A stretch of 64,000 nucleotides of DNA. It comes from Candidatus Sungiibacteriota bacterium. Lineage in GTDB: Bacteria > Patescibacteriota > Minisyncoccia > Sungbacterales > HO2-52-23. The translations under genes were made by a program, and so were the position numbers. How positions within the stretch are numbered: the first letter of the stretch is position 1; every line of letters starts with the position of its first letter. Below the pieces are notes generated by a model, which saw only the letters and a list, made by a program, of their open reading frames with translations, was not told the origin of the DNA and ran no database searches. Shown one piece after another: positions 50,188 through 59,514 of the stretch. The DNA is taken from contig JACPBG010000002.1 in assembly GCA_016180435.1 (NCBI GenBank), positions 144,682-208,681 on the forward strand, given 5' to 3'.

Positions 50188-50535
50188 ACTGGATCTTGAT
50201 ATAACTTGGAAAATTCTTGGCGTAAACCCCGCACATTCCCATCCTTACGCAGATTTTTGTCAGTTGTTATCCAAAGGTTTTGCAGTGCTTTTCCACCGCC
50301 TTATGACTAAAAATCCCCCTCTTCTGCGCGAAAGCGTAAAAGAAGGGGATGTCAAAGGGCTTGACAGATCCTCCGATACATAGCATTTCTACAAAAATAA
50401 GTTGTGAAAAGTGCGGTATATTTGCGGTATTTCCTCCTTCTATATTCATTATACCACGATTTATAAAATAGTTAAATTCTACAATGTGGAAAAGGTGGAA
50501 AGAATATATATTTTTATCATGGTAAAATATAAGTC

Positions 50536-50799
50536 ATGGCGAATTCCATAACCCTTGAAGTGTTGGCGTCTCCGGGATGCCATGTTTGCCGGACTTTTGA
50601 GGAATTCTGGCATTCTATTGAAAAGGATTGGCCCGGCGTTGCGTTCCGTAAGCTGGATATAACCGAGCCGGAGGGGCAGGAAATGGCGCAAAAATATATG
50701 ATTTTATCATCGCCGGGAATCGTTATAAACGGCGAACTTTGGGCTAGCGGAGGATTTGACCGCGATAAATTCATTGCGAAATTAAAGGAACTTTCGTAA
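50536..50799 (+). CDS. Small thioredoxin/glutaredoxin-like protein
   Basis: SPGCHVC CxxC, SSPGIVINGEL cis-Pro motif. Confidence 0.88.
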   Translation: MANSITLEVLASPGCHVCRTFEEFWHSIEKDWPGVAFRKLDITEPEGQEMAQKYMILSSPGIVINGELWASGGFDRDKFIAKLKELS

Positions 50800-50801
50800 A
50801 C

Positions 50802-52016
50802 ATGGAATGTATAAAAGGGAAAGTCAAAAAACATCAAATTATCTCTGCGTTAGCCGTTGGCGGCATCGCATTTGCCGCTTTGAATTTTAATAATCCGCCG
50901 CTCTTTACTGATTTGAGCGGCTTCGTTCTTTTCGCCCAAGAAGAAATTAAACTTGAACAGGGTGTTCAGGTATCAAGCGGAGACCTCGGTTCTAACGGAA
51001 AAATAGACATTGAAAAAGACGTTATCGTAAACGGCAATCTTTTTGCCAAAGAAATCTCCATAGACAAAAATTCAACAATAAACGGCGATGCCTCGTTTAA
51101 CAAATTAAAACTTCATAAAGAAGCTCAAATTCTTGGAACGCAAACCAGACCGATACAACTTCCCGTAGCTAACTTACCGGAAATAACGCCTTTTAACATC
51201 GGCACGCAGAATTTCAATTTCACCGGCGCGACAAATACTCTTTTTGCCGGAAACTATCGCGACATTGTGATTGGAAAAAATAGCCGCCTTGTACTCGACG
51301 GCGGCACTTATAATCTTCGCAAACTGGAACTTAAAGACGGAGCTATTTTAATTTTCAACGCCTCAACTACCCTTAATATTCAATTCAAACTTCGTGGAAA
51401 AGATCATGTTTCCATTCTCCCTGGCCTAAATATCAAGCCCGACGACCTTAAAATCAATTATTTGGGTATCCGGCCAAAGAAAGAAAAAATCGAGAAAGAA
51501 GATGATGACAACGAAATTGAATCAGAAATGGATAGCCAAGAAAAGAAAGACCACAAAGCCGGGAAAATAGGCCGTCCCGTAGTATTCGGCAAAAATTCAT
51601 TTCTGAATTTCAAACTCCTGGCGCCCAAGGCTAAAGTTAAGATTGAAAAAGAATCAACCCTGCGAGGGCAGGTTCTTGCGAGGAAGATTAGGATAGGGAA
51701 GGATGGGGTTTTGAGCAGAGAACAAACGGGATTCAGTATCGCAAGGCCGGAAGATATTATCACTGATCCTGACGGCGGCGTTTATCCAATCAATGAGTTA
51801 TTGATTTCTTTAACGCCGGAAGCGACTATTTTAGATGCTCAAGCTATAGCCATAAGCATAAGCGGCCGAATTATTGGCATTGTTTCTTCGATTAATCTTT
51901 ATCAAATTGAGATTCCCGTAGGATCAATCCAAGAGTTAGAAAATTTGATTAGCATGTTACGGAGCAACTCTAAGGTCGATGGGGTATTTAGAAATTTTGT
52001 CATAGAAATGCAATGA
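50802..52016 (+). CDS. Secreted beta-helix-like protein ending in a subtilase propeptide-like domain
   Basis: Signal/TM. C-terminal NELLI....A...A.SI.GRIIG....NLYQIEI resembles S8 prodomains. ATGA overlap with the S8 gene. Confidence 0.55.
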   Translation: MECIKGKVKKHQIISALAVGGIAFAALNFNNPPLFTDLSGFVLFAQEEIKLEQGVQVSSGDLGSNGKIDIEKDVIVNGNLFAKEISIDKNSTINGDASFNKLKLHKEAQILGTQTRPIQLPVANLPEITPFNIGTQNFNFTGATNTLFAGNYRDIVIGKNSRLVLDGGTYNLRKLELKDGAILIFNASTTLNIQFKLRGKDHVSILPGLNIKPDDLKINYLGIRPKKEKIEKEDDDNEIESEMDSQEKKDHKAGKIGRPVVFGKNSFLNFKLLAPKAKVKIEKESTLRGQVLARKIRIGKDGVLSREQTGFSIARPEDIITDPDGGVYPINELLISLTPEATILDAQAIAISISGRIIGIVSSINLYQIEIPVGSIQELENLISMLRSNSKVDGVFRNFVIEMQ

Positions 52017-54289
52017 ACGCTCATTTCATAAAAAAAACTTTATTTAACGTGGGGGTATTAGTATTGTCTTTAATCAGTGGTTTCGTTATTACATTTTTAT
52101 CCGTTTGGGTTCCGTTGGATGGACCACAAATAGGCACTATCAACTGTGGTTTTCCATCCGGCTTGCCGTTTTCTTTCCGAGGTACTTGGAAATATCTCTC
52201 CGGACCGCCGCATCCTCTTTGTGCATTGGCTTTTGATTCGATTGCTTGGATGGCGGATATAATTTTTTGGGCAGGGGTTATATATTTGATTTCAGTTCTT
52301 CTAAAAAAAGCCGCTAAACATTTTCGTATTATATTGAACGAGGGTAGGATTATTGCTATTTTGATTATTTTTATATTAGTTCTTTTGGTTGTATTGATAC
52401 GAAATACTAATGCTCAATCCGCTGGCAGATTTGATTTGAAAAATCTGAGAGACCAAAATCCTCTTTTAACAAAAGCGTATGATATTATACGGCTTCAAGA
52501 AGCATGGGAAAAAATTATACAATCCAATTTCACTTCGTTTGTGGCAGTGATCATAGGAATTATGGATACGGGTGTTGATCCAGATCACCAAGAATTTAAT
52601 GGGCCACAAGTAAATTTGGGTTCATTTACCCGTTCGGTATTATTTGATTTCGATCCGGGTGGTCACGGCACACAGATAGCGGGGATTATTGGCGCAAATA
52701 ATGTTTTGGGAACCGCCACTCTACCCTTAAATAGTCCGCAAATGAACGGAATTTTATCAGGCGTTCTTAACGAAAATAACTATGTATTAGAGATAAGACA
52801 GATAGGCGGGCAAATTCAAATTTCCGCATTTGCGGCTATCGAATCTGTCATTCGCCGTAATGCACAAAGCGTTAATATGAGTTTCGGTGGAGCGCTTTGT
52901 GATGCCTTGTCCATTTTTAGCGATAGGGGATGTTATAAGACAGCGGTAGAATTCACTGATGCTTTTAGTAGTTATAAACGACTTTTTCAGCAGGCGTCTA
53001 GTACTATTTTTGTTGCGGGTGCGGGTAATGATAACTTTGATGCGTCTCAGTCTTTGCCTGGCGCTTTAAGTTTATTGAGTAATGTCATAACCGTTGGTGC
53101 TACTGATTTAGATGATAAAAGAGCGGTATTTGTTTCTCCTGAAAAAAGCAATTTTGGTTCTGTGGTGAACATCTCTGCCCCGGGTAAAAATGTTTATGCT
53201 CCAAAACCGGGCGGTGATTATGACAAACCGGACGTAATTAATGGTGAGGCGGTGGGCGGTTTCTCCGGCACCTCCGCCTCGGCTCCTATGGTTACGGGAG
53301 TCGCGGGATTAATCAAGGCTATAAAGCCAAGTCTTTCTCCTGCAGAAATCAAACAAATCCTTACCGAGTCCGCAGATCCGATTACCGCAAGCACTACGGA
53401 CGAAATAGATAAGAAGTTGGGATCGGCTTGTAATGACGGCAGGCCGGGTTTTCGTGGCTGCCGCCTTAATGCCGAGAAAGCAGTGTGTCATGCGTTGGTC
53501 GGGTTAGATTGCGTTCCACCGCCTCCTTTGGAAGAGGGGTTCATAGTGTTTGTTTTTCCGAAAATTGGCATTCCTACTAAATTGATTCGTATCACAGCAG
53601 ATGGAACTAAAACAGATATATTTGATTTCGGTAAACGTATTTCTGGTGATGGAGTAGTTGTAGACAGCAATGGTGATTTTATCGTACTTGCTACAAATGA
53701 ATTGTTGCGAATAACAGCCGAGGGTGTAGCAACGCGTATCTTCGGTGATAACATCCCTGTTGGCACGAGATGTGGACTTGCAATTGATTTTAACGGCAAT
53801 TTTATAGTTGTGGCAAATTCAGTACTATCTCGGATTACTCCTGAAGGAATACAGACCGAGATATTTAGATTTCCGCCCGAAACAGAACCCAGGGGTATAG
53901 CGGTCGCACTAAATGGAGATTTTATTGTTGCTGAGGCATTTCCCGACGATCGGTTAGTACGAATAACGCCATCAGGTATTCTCAGCGAGATTGTGAGTTT
54001 TAAACCCGAGAATAATCCTACGGGCGTATCAATTGATGCTAACGGTGATTTCATAGTTGCTATTCAGAGCCAAAGTAAGCTTTATCGGGTAAGCCCAGAT
54101 GGAATGCGTACGGAAATTCTTCATTTTGGTTTATTCCCTGAATGTGTAGTGATCGATAGAAATGGCGATTTTATTATTACAGAATTTGGTACTAACATAC
54201 TTTCCAGAATTACACGACAAGGTGTGCGAATCCCGCTAGTTAAATTTGATCCACAACAACTAGGTTTTGGTGTGACGATTGCCCCATAA
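52013..54289 (+). CDS. S8 (subtilase) serine peptidase with N-terminal TM segments and a C-terminal NHL-like beta-propeller
   Basis: IMDTG, GHGTQIAG, AGAGND, SGTSASAPMV triad; repeated P.GI.ID.NGDFIV...L.RITP.G. Confidence 0.9.
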   Translation: MNAHFIKKTLFNVGVLVLSLISGFVITFLSVWVPLDGPQIGTINCGFPSGLPFSFRGTWKYLSGPPHPLCALAFDSIAWMADIIFWAGVIYLISVLLKKAAKHFRIILNEGRIIAILIIFILVLLVVLIRNTNAQSAGRFDLKNLRDQNPLLTKAYDIIRLQEAWEKIIQSNFTSFVAVIIGIMDTGVDPDHQEFNGPQVNLGSFTRSVLFDFDPGGHGTQIAGIIGANNVLGTATLPLNSPQMNGILSGVLNENNYVLEIRQIGGQIQISAFAAIESVIRRNAQSVNMSFGGALCDALSIFSDRGCYKTAVEFTDAFSSYKRLFQQASSTIFVAGAGNDNFDASQSLPGALSLLSNVITVGATDLDDKRAVFVSPEKSNFGSVVNISAPGKNVYAPKPGGDYDKPDVINGEAVGGFSGTSASAPMVTGVAGLIKAIKPSLSPAEIKQILTESADPITASTTDEIDKKLGSACNDGRPGFRGCRLNAEKAVCHALVGLDCVPPPPLEEGFIVFVFPKIGIPTKLIRITADGTKTDIFDFGKRISGDGVVVDSNGDFIVLATNELLRITAEGVATRIFGDNIPVGTRCGLAIDFNGNFIVVANSVLSRITPEGIQTEIFRFPPETEPRGIAVALNGDFIVAEAFPDDRLVRITPSGILSEIVSFKPENNPTGVSIDANGDFIVAIQSQSKLYRVSPDGMRTEILHFGLFPECVVIDRNGDFIITEFGTNILSRITRQGVRIPLVKFDPQQLGFGVTIAP

Positions 54290-54325
54290 ATTGGTTTGAC
54301 ACCCACCTATGTGGCATCATAAATT

Positions 54326-54760
54326 ATGAATTTTTTATCGAAAATTAATCCGGAGTGGCCTTTGCGCCTTGGCCTTGGTATAATGTATTTGTATTCGGGT
54401 TATGATCTGATGTTAAACCCCAGTGCCTGGATTTGGGCTGTGCCCTGGTGGTTTTCAAAAATAGTAACTTTTTTAATGCCGCTTGATTCTTATTTACGAT
54501 TGCAGGGCGCAGGAGAGTTTATTATGGGAGTTTTGTTTCTGGCCCCATTAGAATTAATTTTAACGGGGCGAGCGTGGTTTTCTATCAGACATGTATTACG
54601 GGTTGTTTCTATACTGGCGGTGATTGAGCTTGTTGGCATACTTATTTTTACGGGGATTGGGCCGATTACCTTTCGTGATATCGGGCTTTTGGGAGGGGCG
54701 ATTGCGCTCTTAGTTATGACGTTTTCTACCCAAAGAGAAATTTCAGGTAAAGTCGAATAA
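54326..54760 (+). CDS. DoxX family membrane protein with an in-frame palindromic insert
   Basis: LRLGLG, G..E, FRDIGLLG. Confidence 0.8.
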   Translation: MNFLSKINPEWPLRLGLGIMYLYSGYDLMLNPSAWIWAVPWWFSKIVTFLMPLDSYLRLQGAGEFIMGVLFLAPLELILTGRAWFSIRHVLRVVSILAVIELVGILIFTGIGPITFRDIGLLGGAIALLVMTFSTQREISGKVE

Positions 54761-54850
54761 TATTTATTGTTCGAGCGGGTCGAGAACTTACATTATCCCA
54801 TGATACTTCTCGACTTCACCCCGGTTTGCTCGAAGAATAATTAAAAATTT

Positions 54851-57037
54851 ATGGAACAAAATATTACATCTACGCAGGGCGGGGCACTGCCACCAACATC
54901 AGCCGAATCCGCCGAGCATGAAAAATCAGTAAGATTAAAAATCGGGCTGTTCGGGTTTTTCTTGTTTATTGTTTTCGTGGTGGGTCTCTTTTGGATGGCC
55001 ACAACCCCTGAATTGACCGTGGGATTAACGCTTTCATTCATTGCCGGCCTTTCCATGATTTTTCTGCCCTGCACCCTGCCACTGGCTTTTGTCATAGTGC
55101 CACTCACTATGGGAAAAGATCCGAAAAAGGGTCTTTTTATGGCGCTTTCTTTTACTCTGGGGCTCACGATCACCCTTTCTTTATACGGGGTATTTATTGC
55201 AGCAGCCGGCAAGGCTTTTGGTCTAAAATCAGACGCTGAAGTTTATGCGGTGCTCCTAGGGGGACTGGCTGCATTTATTTTTGGATTATCCGAAGTTGGA
55301 CTGATAAATTTTAAGCTTCCCTCGTATTCCGGAAAATTCCCGGATTTTATCCAGCGCCGCAAGGATTATATGAAGACCTTTTTACTCGGATTGTTGCTTG
55401 GCAATGCCGGTGTGGGGTGCCCGAATCCCGCTTTCTACGTGCTTCTCGGATATATTGCAACTACGGGCGATCTATTTAACGGATGGTTTCTGGGCTTTGT
55501 TCACGGGATGGGGCGTTCAGTCCCGCTTATCTTCCTGGCGATTCTTGGCACCTTGGGGGTAAACGCTCTCTCGGGTGTGGCCCGCCACAAAGAGGGCATT
55601 GGGAAAGTAATGGGATGGATGCTATTGATAATCGGCGCATATCTGCTCACTTTCGGCATTTTTGGCCATGACTGGTTTATTGCTTCAGGTACTCATGGCG
55701 CATGGGAGCAATTTGTAGTCAATATTTCGGGCGAGCGGTTCGGTGAGACCATACTACAGCACGAACACCCGCTCGTTGATATTCCTGATTTTATTAAGTA
55801 TGGGAATTTATTTTTTCTGGGGCTTTTGGCGATAACGATTCTCACCTCATTTATTTTCAGGCATCCAACGCGCCGCACAATTGTTTGGCTTTCTATAACA
55901 TATATCGCCATTGCTCTTGTTATTGGTAATTCAACCGGCTGGACATTTACGGTTCCGCCACCCTTGGGTCATTCCATGGCGATGCCGGAAGGCACTGGAG
56001 GAGCGCACGATGACGAACATGGAGGCGCAATATATCATGAAGAAGGAGAAGTTAAATCCGGCCCGGCTGTTAATTTAAACATCACGCCAGTTCCTTTCAG
56101 AACCGGCCAAGCGCAAAAACTTGATTTCTTTGTAAATGAAAAGCCTGGGAATATTCCCATTCCGGCAGAAAATTTAGAAATTGAGCATGAAAAACTGATG
56201 CATGTAATAGGAGTTCGGAGCGACTTAAACGAATTTTTCCATATCCATCCTTCACCCTCCCAACTTTTGGGACAGGTTGGAGATGCGAAGCAGTCCCAAA
56301 AGTTAGGAGGGCAAGCCTCCCAAGCCGAAGAGGGACATTTTACGGCAGATTACATTTTTTCCAATCCAGGACTTTATAAAATCTGGTCGGAAATTAAGAG
56401 CGATGGCGTTAATTATTCTTTTGACTATCCGGAAATTTCGGTTGAAGGCGAGGGCGAGAAATATAGAAAGGAGATATTTTTTGGAATTTCGCAAATTGTC
56501 GGCAATTATCAGGTTGTATTGCATAAAGACGAGCTGGCGAAAGGCATAAATTCCGCGCTTAATTTTGAAATTCACGATAGCCTGGGGCGTGAGATAGAGG
56601 TTGAGCCGTACCTGGACGCCGATATGCATCTCACGCTTATTAAAGATGACTGGAAGCAGTTTATACATACTCATCCGGCTGGAGATGCCGGGCATGATGA
56701 TGAGCATGGTATGTTAACGCCCGGTTTGTTTTTAATCGCCAGCGCAAATGGCGGAGACGACCATAATGATCAGATGGAAGCGAGCAGCGTATCAGCGCAC
56801 GGCATTTCTTTCAGGGTGGTATTTCCGGAGGCAGGGCTTTATAAGGTTTTTGCCCAGTTTCGTCCCCAAGGCATTGATCTGCCCCAAGATGAGGCCCTGA
56901 CTGCAAGTTTTTGGATTAAAGTTGAGGAAAAAGCACCCCCTGTTTTATCCGGCTGGTGGATTAATCTTACCTGGTCGCTTGCCGCAATTGTTGTTTTGAG
57001 CGTTTTGGTGAAAAAATATTTGAAGGTAAAGCAGTGA
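54851..57037 (+). CDS. CcdA/DsbD-like transmembrane protein fused to His-rich extracytoplasmic metal-binding-like domains
   Basis: FLPCTLP and GCPNP Cys pair; HEKLMHVI, FFHIHP, MHLTLI..FIHTHP, PEAGLYKVFAQF. Confidence 0.8.
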   Translation: MEQNITSTQGGALPPTSAESAEHEKSVRLKIGLFGFFLFIVFVVGLFWMATTPELTVGLTLSFIAGLSMIFLPCTLPLAFVIVPLTMGKDPKKGLFMALSFTLGLTITLSLYGVFIAAAGKAFGLKSDAEVYAVLLGGLAAFIFGLSEVGLINFKLPSYSGKFPDFIQRRKDYMKTFLLGLLLGNAGVGCPNPAFYVLLGYIATTGDLFNGWFLGFVHGMGRSVPLIFLAILGTLGVNALSGVARHKEGIGKVMGWMLLIIGAYLLTFGIFGHDWFIASGTHGAWEQFVVNISGERFGETILQHEHPLVDIPDFIKYGNLFFLGLLAITILTSFIFRHPTRRTIVWLSITYIAIALVIGNSTGWTFTVPPPLGHSMAMPEGTGGAHDDEHGGAIYHEEGEVKSGPAVNLNITPVPFRTGQAQKLDFFVNEKPGNIPIPAENLEIEHEKLMHVIGVRSDLNEFFHIHPSPSQLLGQVGDAKQSQKLGGQASQAEEGHFTADYIFSNPGLYKIWSEIKSDGVNYSFDYPEISVEGEGEKYRKEIFFGISQIVGNYQVVLHKDELAKGINSALNFEIHDSLGREIEVEPYLDADMHLTLIKDDWKQFIHTHPAGDAGHDDEHGMLTPGLFLIASANGGDDHNDQMEASSVSAHGISFRVVFPEAGLYKVFAQFRPQGIDLPQDEALTASFWIKVEEKAPPVLSGWWINLTWSLAAIVVLSVLVKKYLKVKQ

Positions 57038-57153
57038 TGCCAATCCGATGCAAATTTAATGCCAATTTGGCGAATTGCGAATATTCGCATAATTAGCAAT
57101 TTGTAGATTAGCATTTCATTTGTAGATTTGCATCATTGCGCGTTAGCGAATGA

Positions 57154-57273
57154 ATCCCGTTAGAAGCCGCGATCGCATATCAAGATATAAAAATCATTGT
57201 GAATTACCAATTAAATATAAATTATAAACATAGTAAATCGCATCAATTGATCGCGATCTGCTTCTAACGGGAT
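57154..57273. mobile_element. CCCGTTAGA-family element inserted at a start codon
   Basis: ATCCCGTTAGAAGC...GCTTCTAACGGGAT, flanked by GA/GA. Confidence 0.75.
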
Positions 57274-57709
57274 GAATAAATACGCCATCTTAATTATAAT
57301 AGGTGTCCTGATTATCGGTTTCGGTGTTTTTTACCGCGCGTTTTTGTTGTCGGATGAGGCCAAGCCGGTAACAACCGGAAAAGTTCGCGAAGTGACAATC
57401 ATCGCCAAAAAAAACGAATGGCGGTTTGTGCCGGAAGTTATTGAAGCCGAGCGCGGGGATAAGATTGTGATAACCGCGGTGAATGAGGATGATTATGACC
57501 ACGGGATTGCCATTGACGCTTTTGGGCAATCCCAAAGAATGCCGGCGCGTTCCACCATAAAAATGGAATTTGTAGTAACCCAGGAAGGGGAGTTCCCGTT
57601 TTATTGCTCGGTGCCTTGCGGAGAAGGGGATGTGGACGGGAAACATAGGACCCATTTTGATATGATAGGGAAGTTGGATGTAAAAAGTGTGGTGAGTTCA
57701 ACGCAGTGA
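57272..57709 (+). CDS. Membrane-anchored cupredoxin (CuA-like, COX2/NosZ C-terminal type)
   Basis: DHGIAI ... FYCSVPCGEG ... H..M ligand pattern. Confidence 0.8.
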   Translation: MNKYAILIIIGVLIIGFGVFYRAFLLSDEAKPVTTGKVREVTIIAKKNEWRFVPEVIEAERGDKIVITAVNEDDYDHGIAIDAFGQSQRMPARSTIKMEFVVTQEGEFPFYCSVPCGEGDVDGKHRTHFDMIGKLDVKSVVSSTQ

Positions 57710-57714
57710 CGCTC

Positions 57715-57913
57715 GCGCTATGATTTTAAAACACGTTCAGCCGCCCAGCGGCGGCTTCACTAAGCATCCGGCGCGCGCCGAGCACTCAATTTATCTTAAA
57801 AATAGTTCCCGAGCTTGGTCGAGGGACTACCTTTAAAGAAGTAGGCACGGCATCAATAATTTGAGTGCTCGGACCATGCCGCGCGCCTCCTGATTGTTTT
57901 AAAATCACAGCGC
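57715..57913. mobile_element. ~200-bp palindromic element (same family as 60128-60381)
   Basis: GCGCTATGATTTTAAAACA / TGTTTTAAAATCACAGCGC termini, inner IR CCGAGCACTCAA / TTGAGTGCTCGG. Confidence 0.7.
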
Positions 57914-58002
57914 TTCGCTTTTGTCGAATTCATTAAGGGAAGAAGGTGGGTTTTCTGTATGTATAAAAAATCAGCGGCAGGGCCGCTGGGGATTAGATAG
58001 GA

Positions 58003-58332
58003 CTATTTTGACCAGGAGTGTATGGCAGCAGCTTCCAGCTGGGTATCAATTTCTTGAAGGTCCATTCTGGAAGCCCATTCAAATTTTACTCTTAACCCGC
58101 ATTCTTGGCAAAAAAGTACGGCGGCATGTCGCCCGTCCTGTAAATGTCTTCCGAGGCGGAAATTCATGATTGTATGGATATATTCTGTGGAAACGGGTTC
58201 CGGCGTGCATTGATGTGATGCATGCAGGATCCTGTCCGGTCCGGCTTGAACATGCAACAATCCGTCTATAAAGTTATACGTCGTTCCGAGATGGGTTAGA
58301 TTCACAAAACCTCCGAAAAATAAAAAGGTCAA
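58003..58332 (-). CDS. Hypothetical protein (uncertain)
   Basis: Open frame followed on the minus strand by a CAGCGG..CCGCTG hairpin plus T-run (~57965-57990). Confidence 0.35.
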   Translation of the reverse strand: MTFLFFGGFVNLTHLGTTYNFIDGLLHVQAGPDRILHASHQCTPEPVSTEYIHTIMNFRLGRHLQDGRHAAVLFCQECGLRVKFEWASRMDLQEIDTQLEAAAIHSWSK

Positions 58333-58377
58333 TGAATAAAGGTTAGCATAGCGTAATAAGTTTTGTCAACCCTAAAT

Positions 58378-58417
58378 TTGACGTAACGGACAGAGAAGAT
58401 TATAATAAAATTATAAT
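58378..58417 (+). promoter_or_regulatory. Sigma70 promoter and palindromic operator of the AbrB-Doc TA operon
   Basis: TTGACG-N17-TATAAT overlapped by TTATAAT-AAA-ATTATAA. Confidence 0.7.
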
Positions 58418-58434
58418 GGATTAAGCTAAAAACT

Positions 58435-58677
58435 ATGACCCAAAAAGTATTAAAGGTGGGAAGTTCTATGGCGCTTACTGTACCCAAAAAATTAGCCGAG
58501 GAGTTGGGATGGAGGGCGGGCGACAGCGTGGCGGTAAAAGGAGATCCGAAACAACATCGGGTAATTTATTATTCTCCGCGTAAGCCGCTTTCCGGGAATG
58601 ATCAAAGAATTGCTGAACTCGGATACCGTTTTATTCAAAATTACCGGCGGGATCTAGAATCCTTGGCCAAAAAATAA
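58435..58677 (+). CDS. AbrB/MazE-type antitoxin
   Basis: KVGSSMALTVPK.LAEELG...GD.V. Confidence 0.85.
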   Translation: MTQKVLKVGSSMALTVPKKLAEELGWRAGDSVAVKGDPKQHRVIYYSPRKPLSGNDQRIAELGYRFIQNYRRDLESLAKK

Positions 58678-58688
58678 TTCATTCCATT

Positions 58689-59078
58689 GTGAAATATCTT
58701 TCTTGTGAACAGATTTTATTGCTTCATTCCATGGCAATTGATGAAACCGGTGGTATGCACGGTGTCCGTGACATGAATGCCATTTTGGCGTTGGTTGATT
58801 TGTCTAAACAGAAAGCATTTGGGCAGGAACTTTATAAAGGAGTTTTCCTTAAAACTGCGGTATATGTAAGAAATATTATCTCAAGTCACCCATTTCTTGA
58901 TGGAAATAAAAGAACGGCAATGGTGGTGGCGGGAGTATTTCTCGAAGAAAATGGGTATAAAATTGTGGCCGAAGAGGGTGAGATTGAAAAGTATGCGATT
59001 GATGTAGCTATTGGCAATAGGGATTTAGAATGGATGTCCACGTGGTTTAAAAAACATGCGGAGAAAATGAAGAAATAG
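58689..59078 (+). CDS. doc: Death-on-curing (Fic/Doc) toxin
   Basis: HPFLDGNKRTA Fic motif. Confidence 0.9.
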   Translation: MKYLSCEQILLLHSMAIDETGGMHGVRDMNAILALVDLSKQKAFGQELYKGVFLKTAVYVRNIISSHPFLDGNKRTAMVVAGVFLEENGYKIVAEEGEIEKYAIDVAIGNRDLEWMSTWFKKHAEKMKK

Positions 59079-59123
59079 TTGGTTTTGATTGACCGCCGTT
59101 AGGATATGAATTATAATTATTTT

Positions 59124-59306
59124 ATGACCACCCAAACTTTAGAGAAATTAATAAAAATAGAAAAAGAACTTCTGAAAGTTAAAAAAGAAGGCAGTTTTTT
59201 GTCCTTTAAAGCCCCTATCTCTTTAAGGGGCATGTTTAAAGGCGTGAAAATTGCGGGAAAAGATATTAAAGCTGCAAAAAAGTCACTATTTAAGATCGTG
59301 CCTTAA
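59124..59306 (+). CDS. Putative antitoxin (orphaned)
   Basis: Small basic protein ending SLRG..KG......DI..AKKSLF, directly upstream of a PIN remnant. Confidence 0.55.
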   Translation: MTTQTLEKLIKIEKELLKVKKEGSFLSFKAPISLRGMFKGVKIAGKDIKAAKKSLFKIVP

Positions 59307-59311
59307 AAATT

Positions 59312-59391
59312 ATGTATTACGTTGTCGATACACATACTTTTTTTCTAAAGACAATGAGATTAAAGAGTTCTACCCAAAGACTATTTGGTAG
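59312..59391 (+). pseudogene. Internally deleted VapC/PIN toxin remnant
   Basis: MYYVVDTHT (PIN N-terminus) joined out of frame to SKDNEIKEFYPKTIW* (PIN C-terminus). Confidence 0.6.
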
Positions 59392-59514
59392 TTTTTGTTT
59401 AAAATAAAAAATCAGCGGAAAAGTCCGCTGATGGGCTAAAAGAAATCAGGATCGGATAACGTCGGAGATTTTTGGTTAATCGGAAAGCAGGCGGATTGAA
59501 AGACCACTTTTGAG

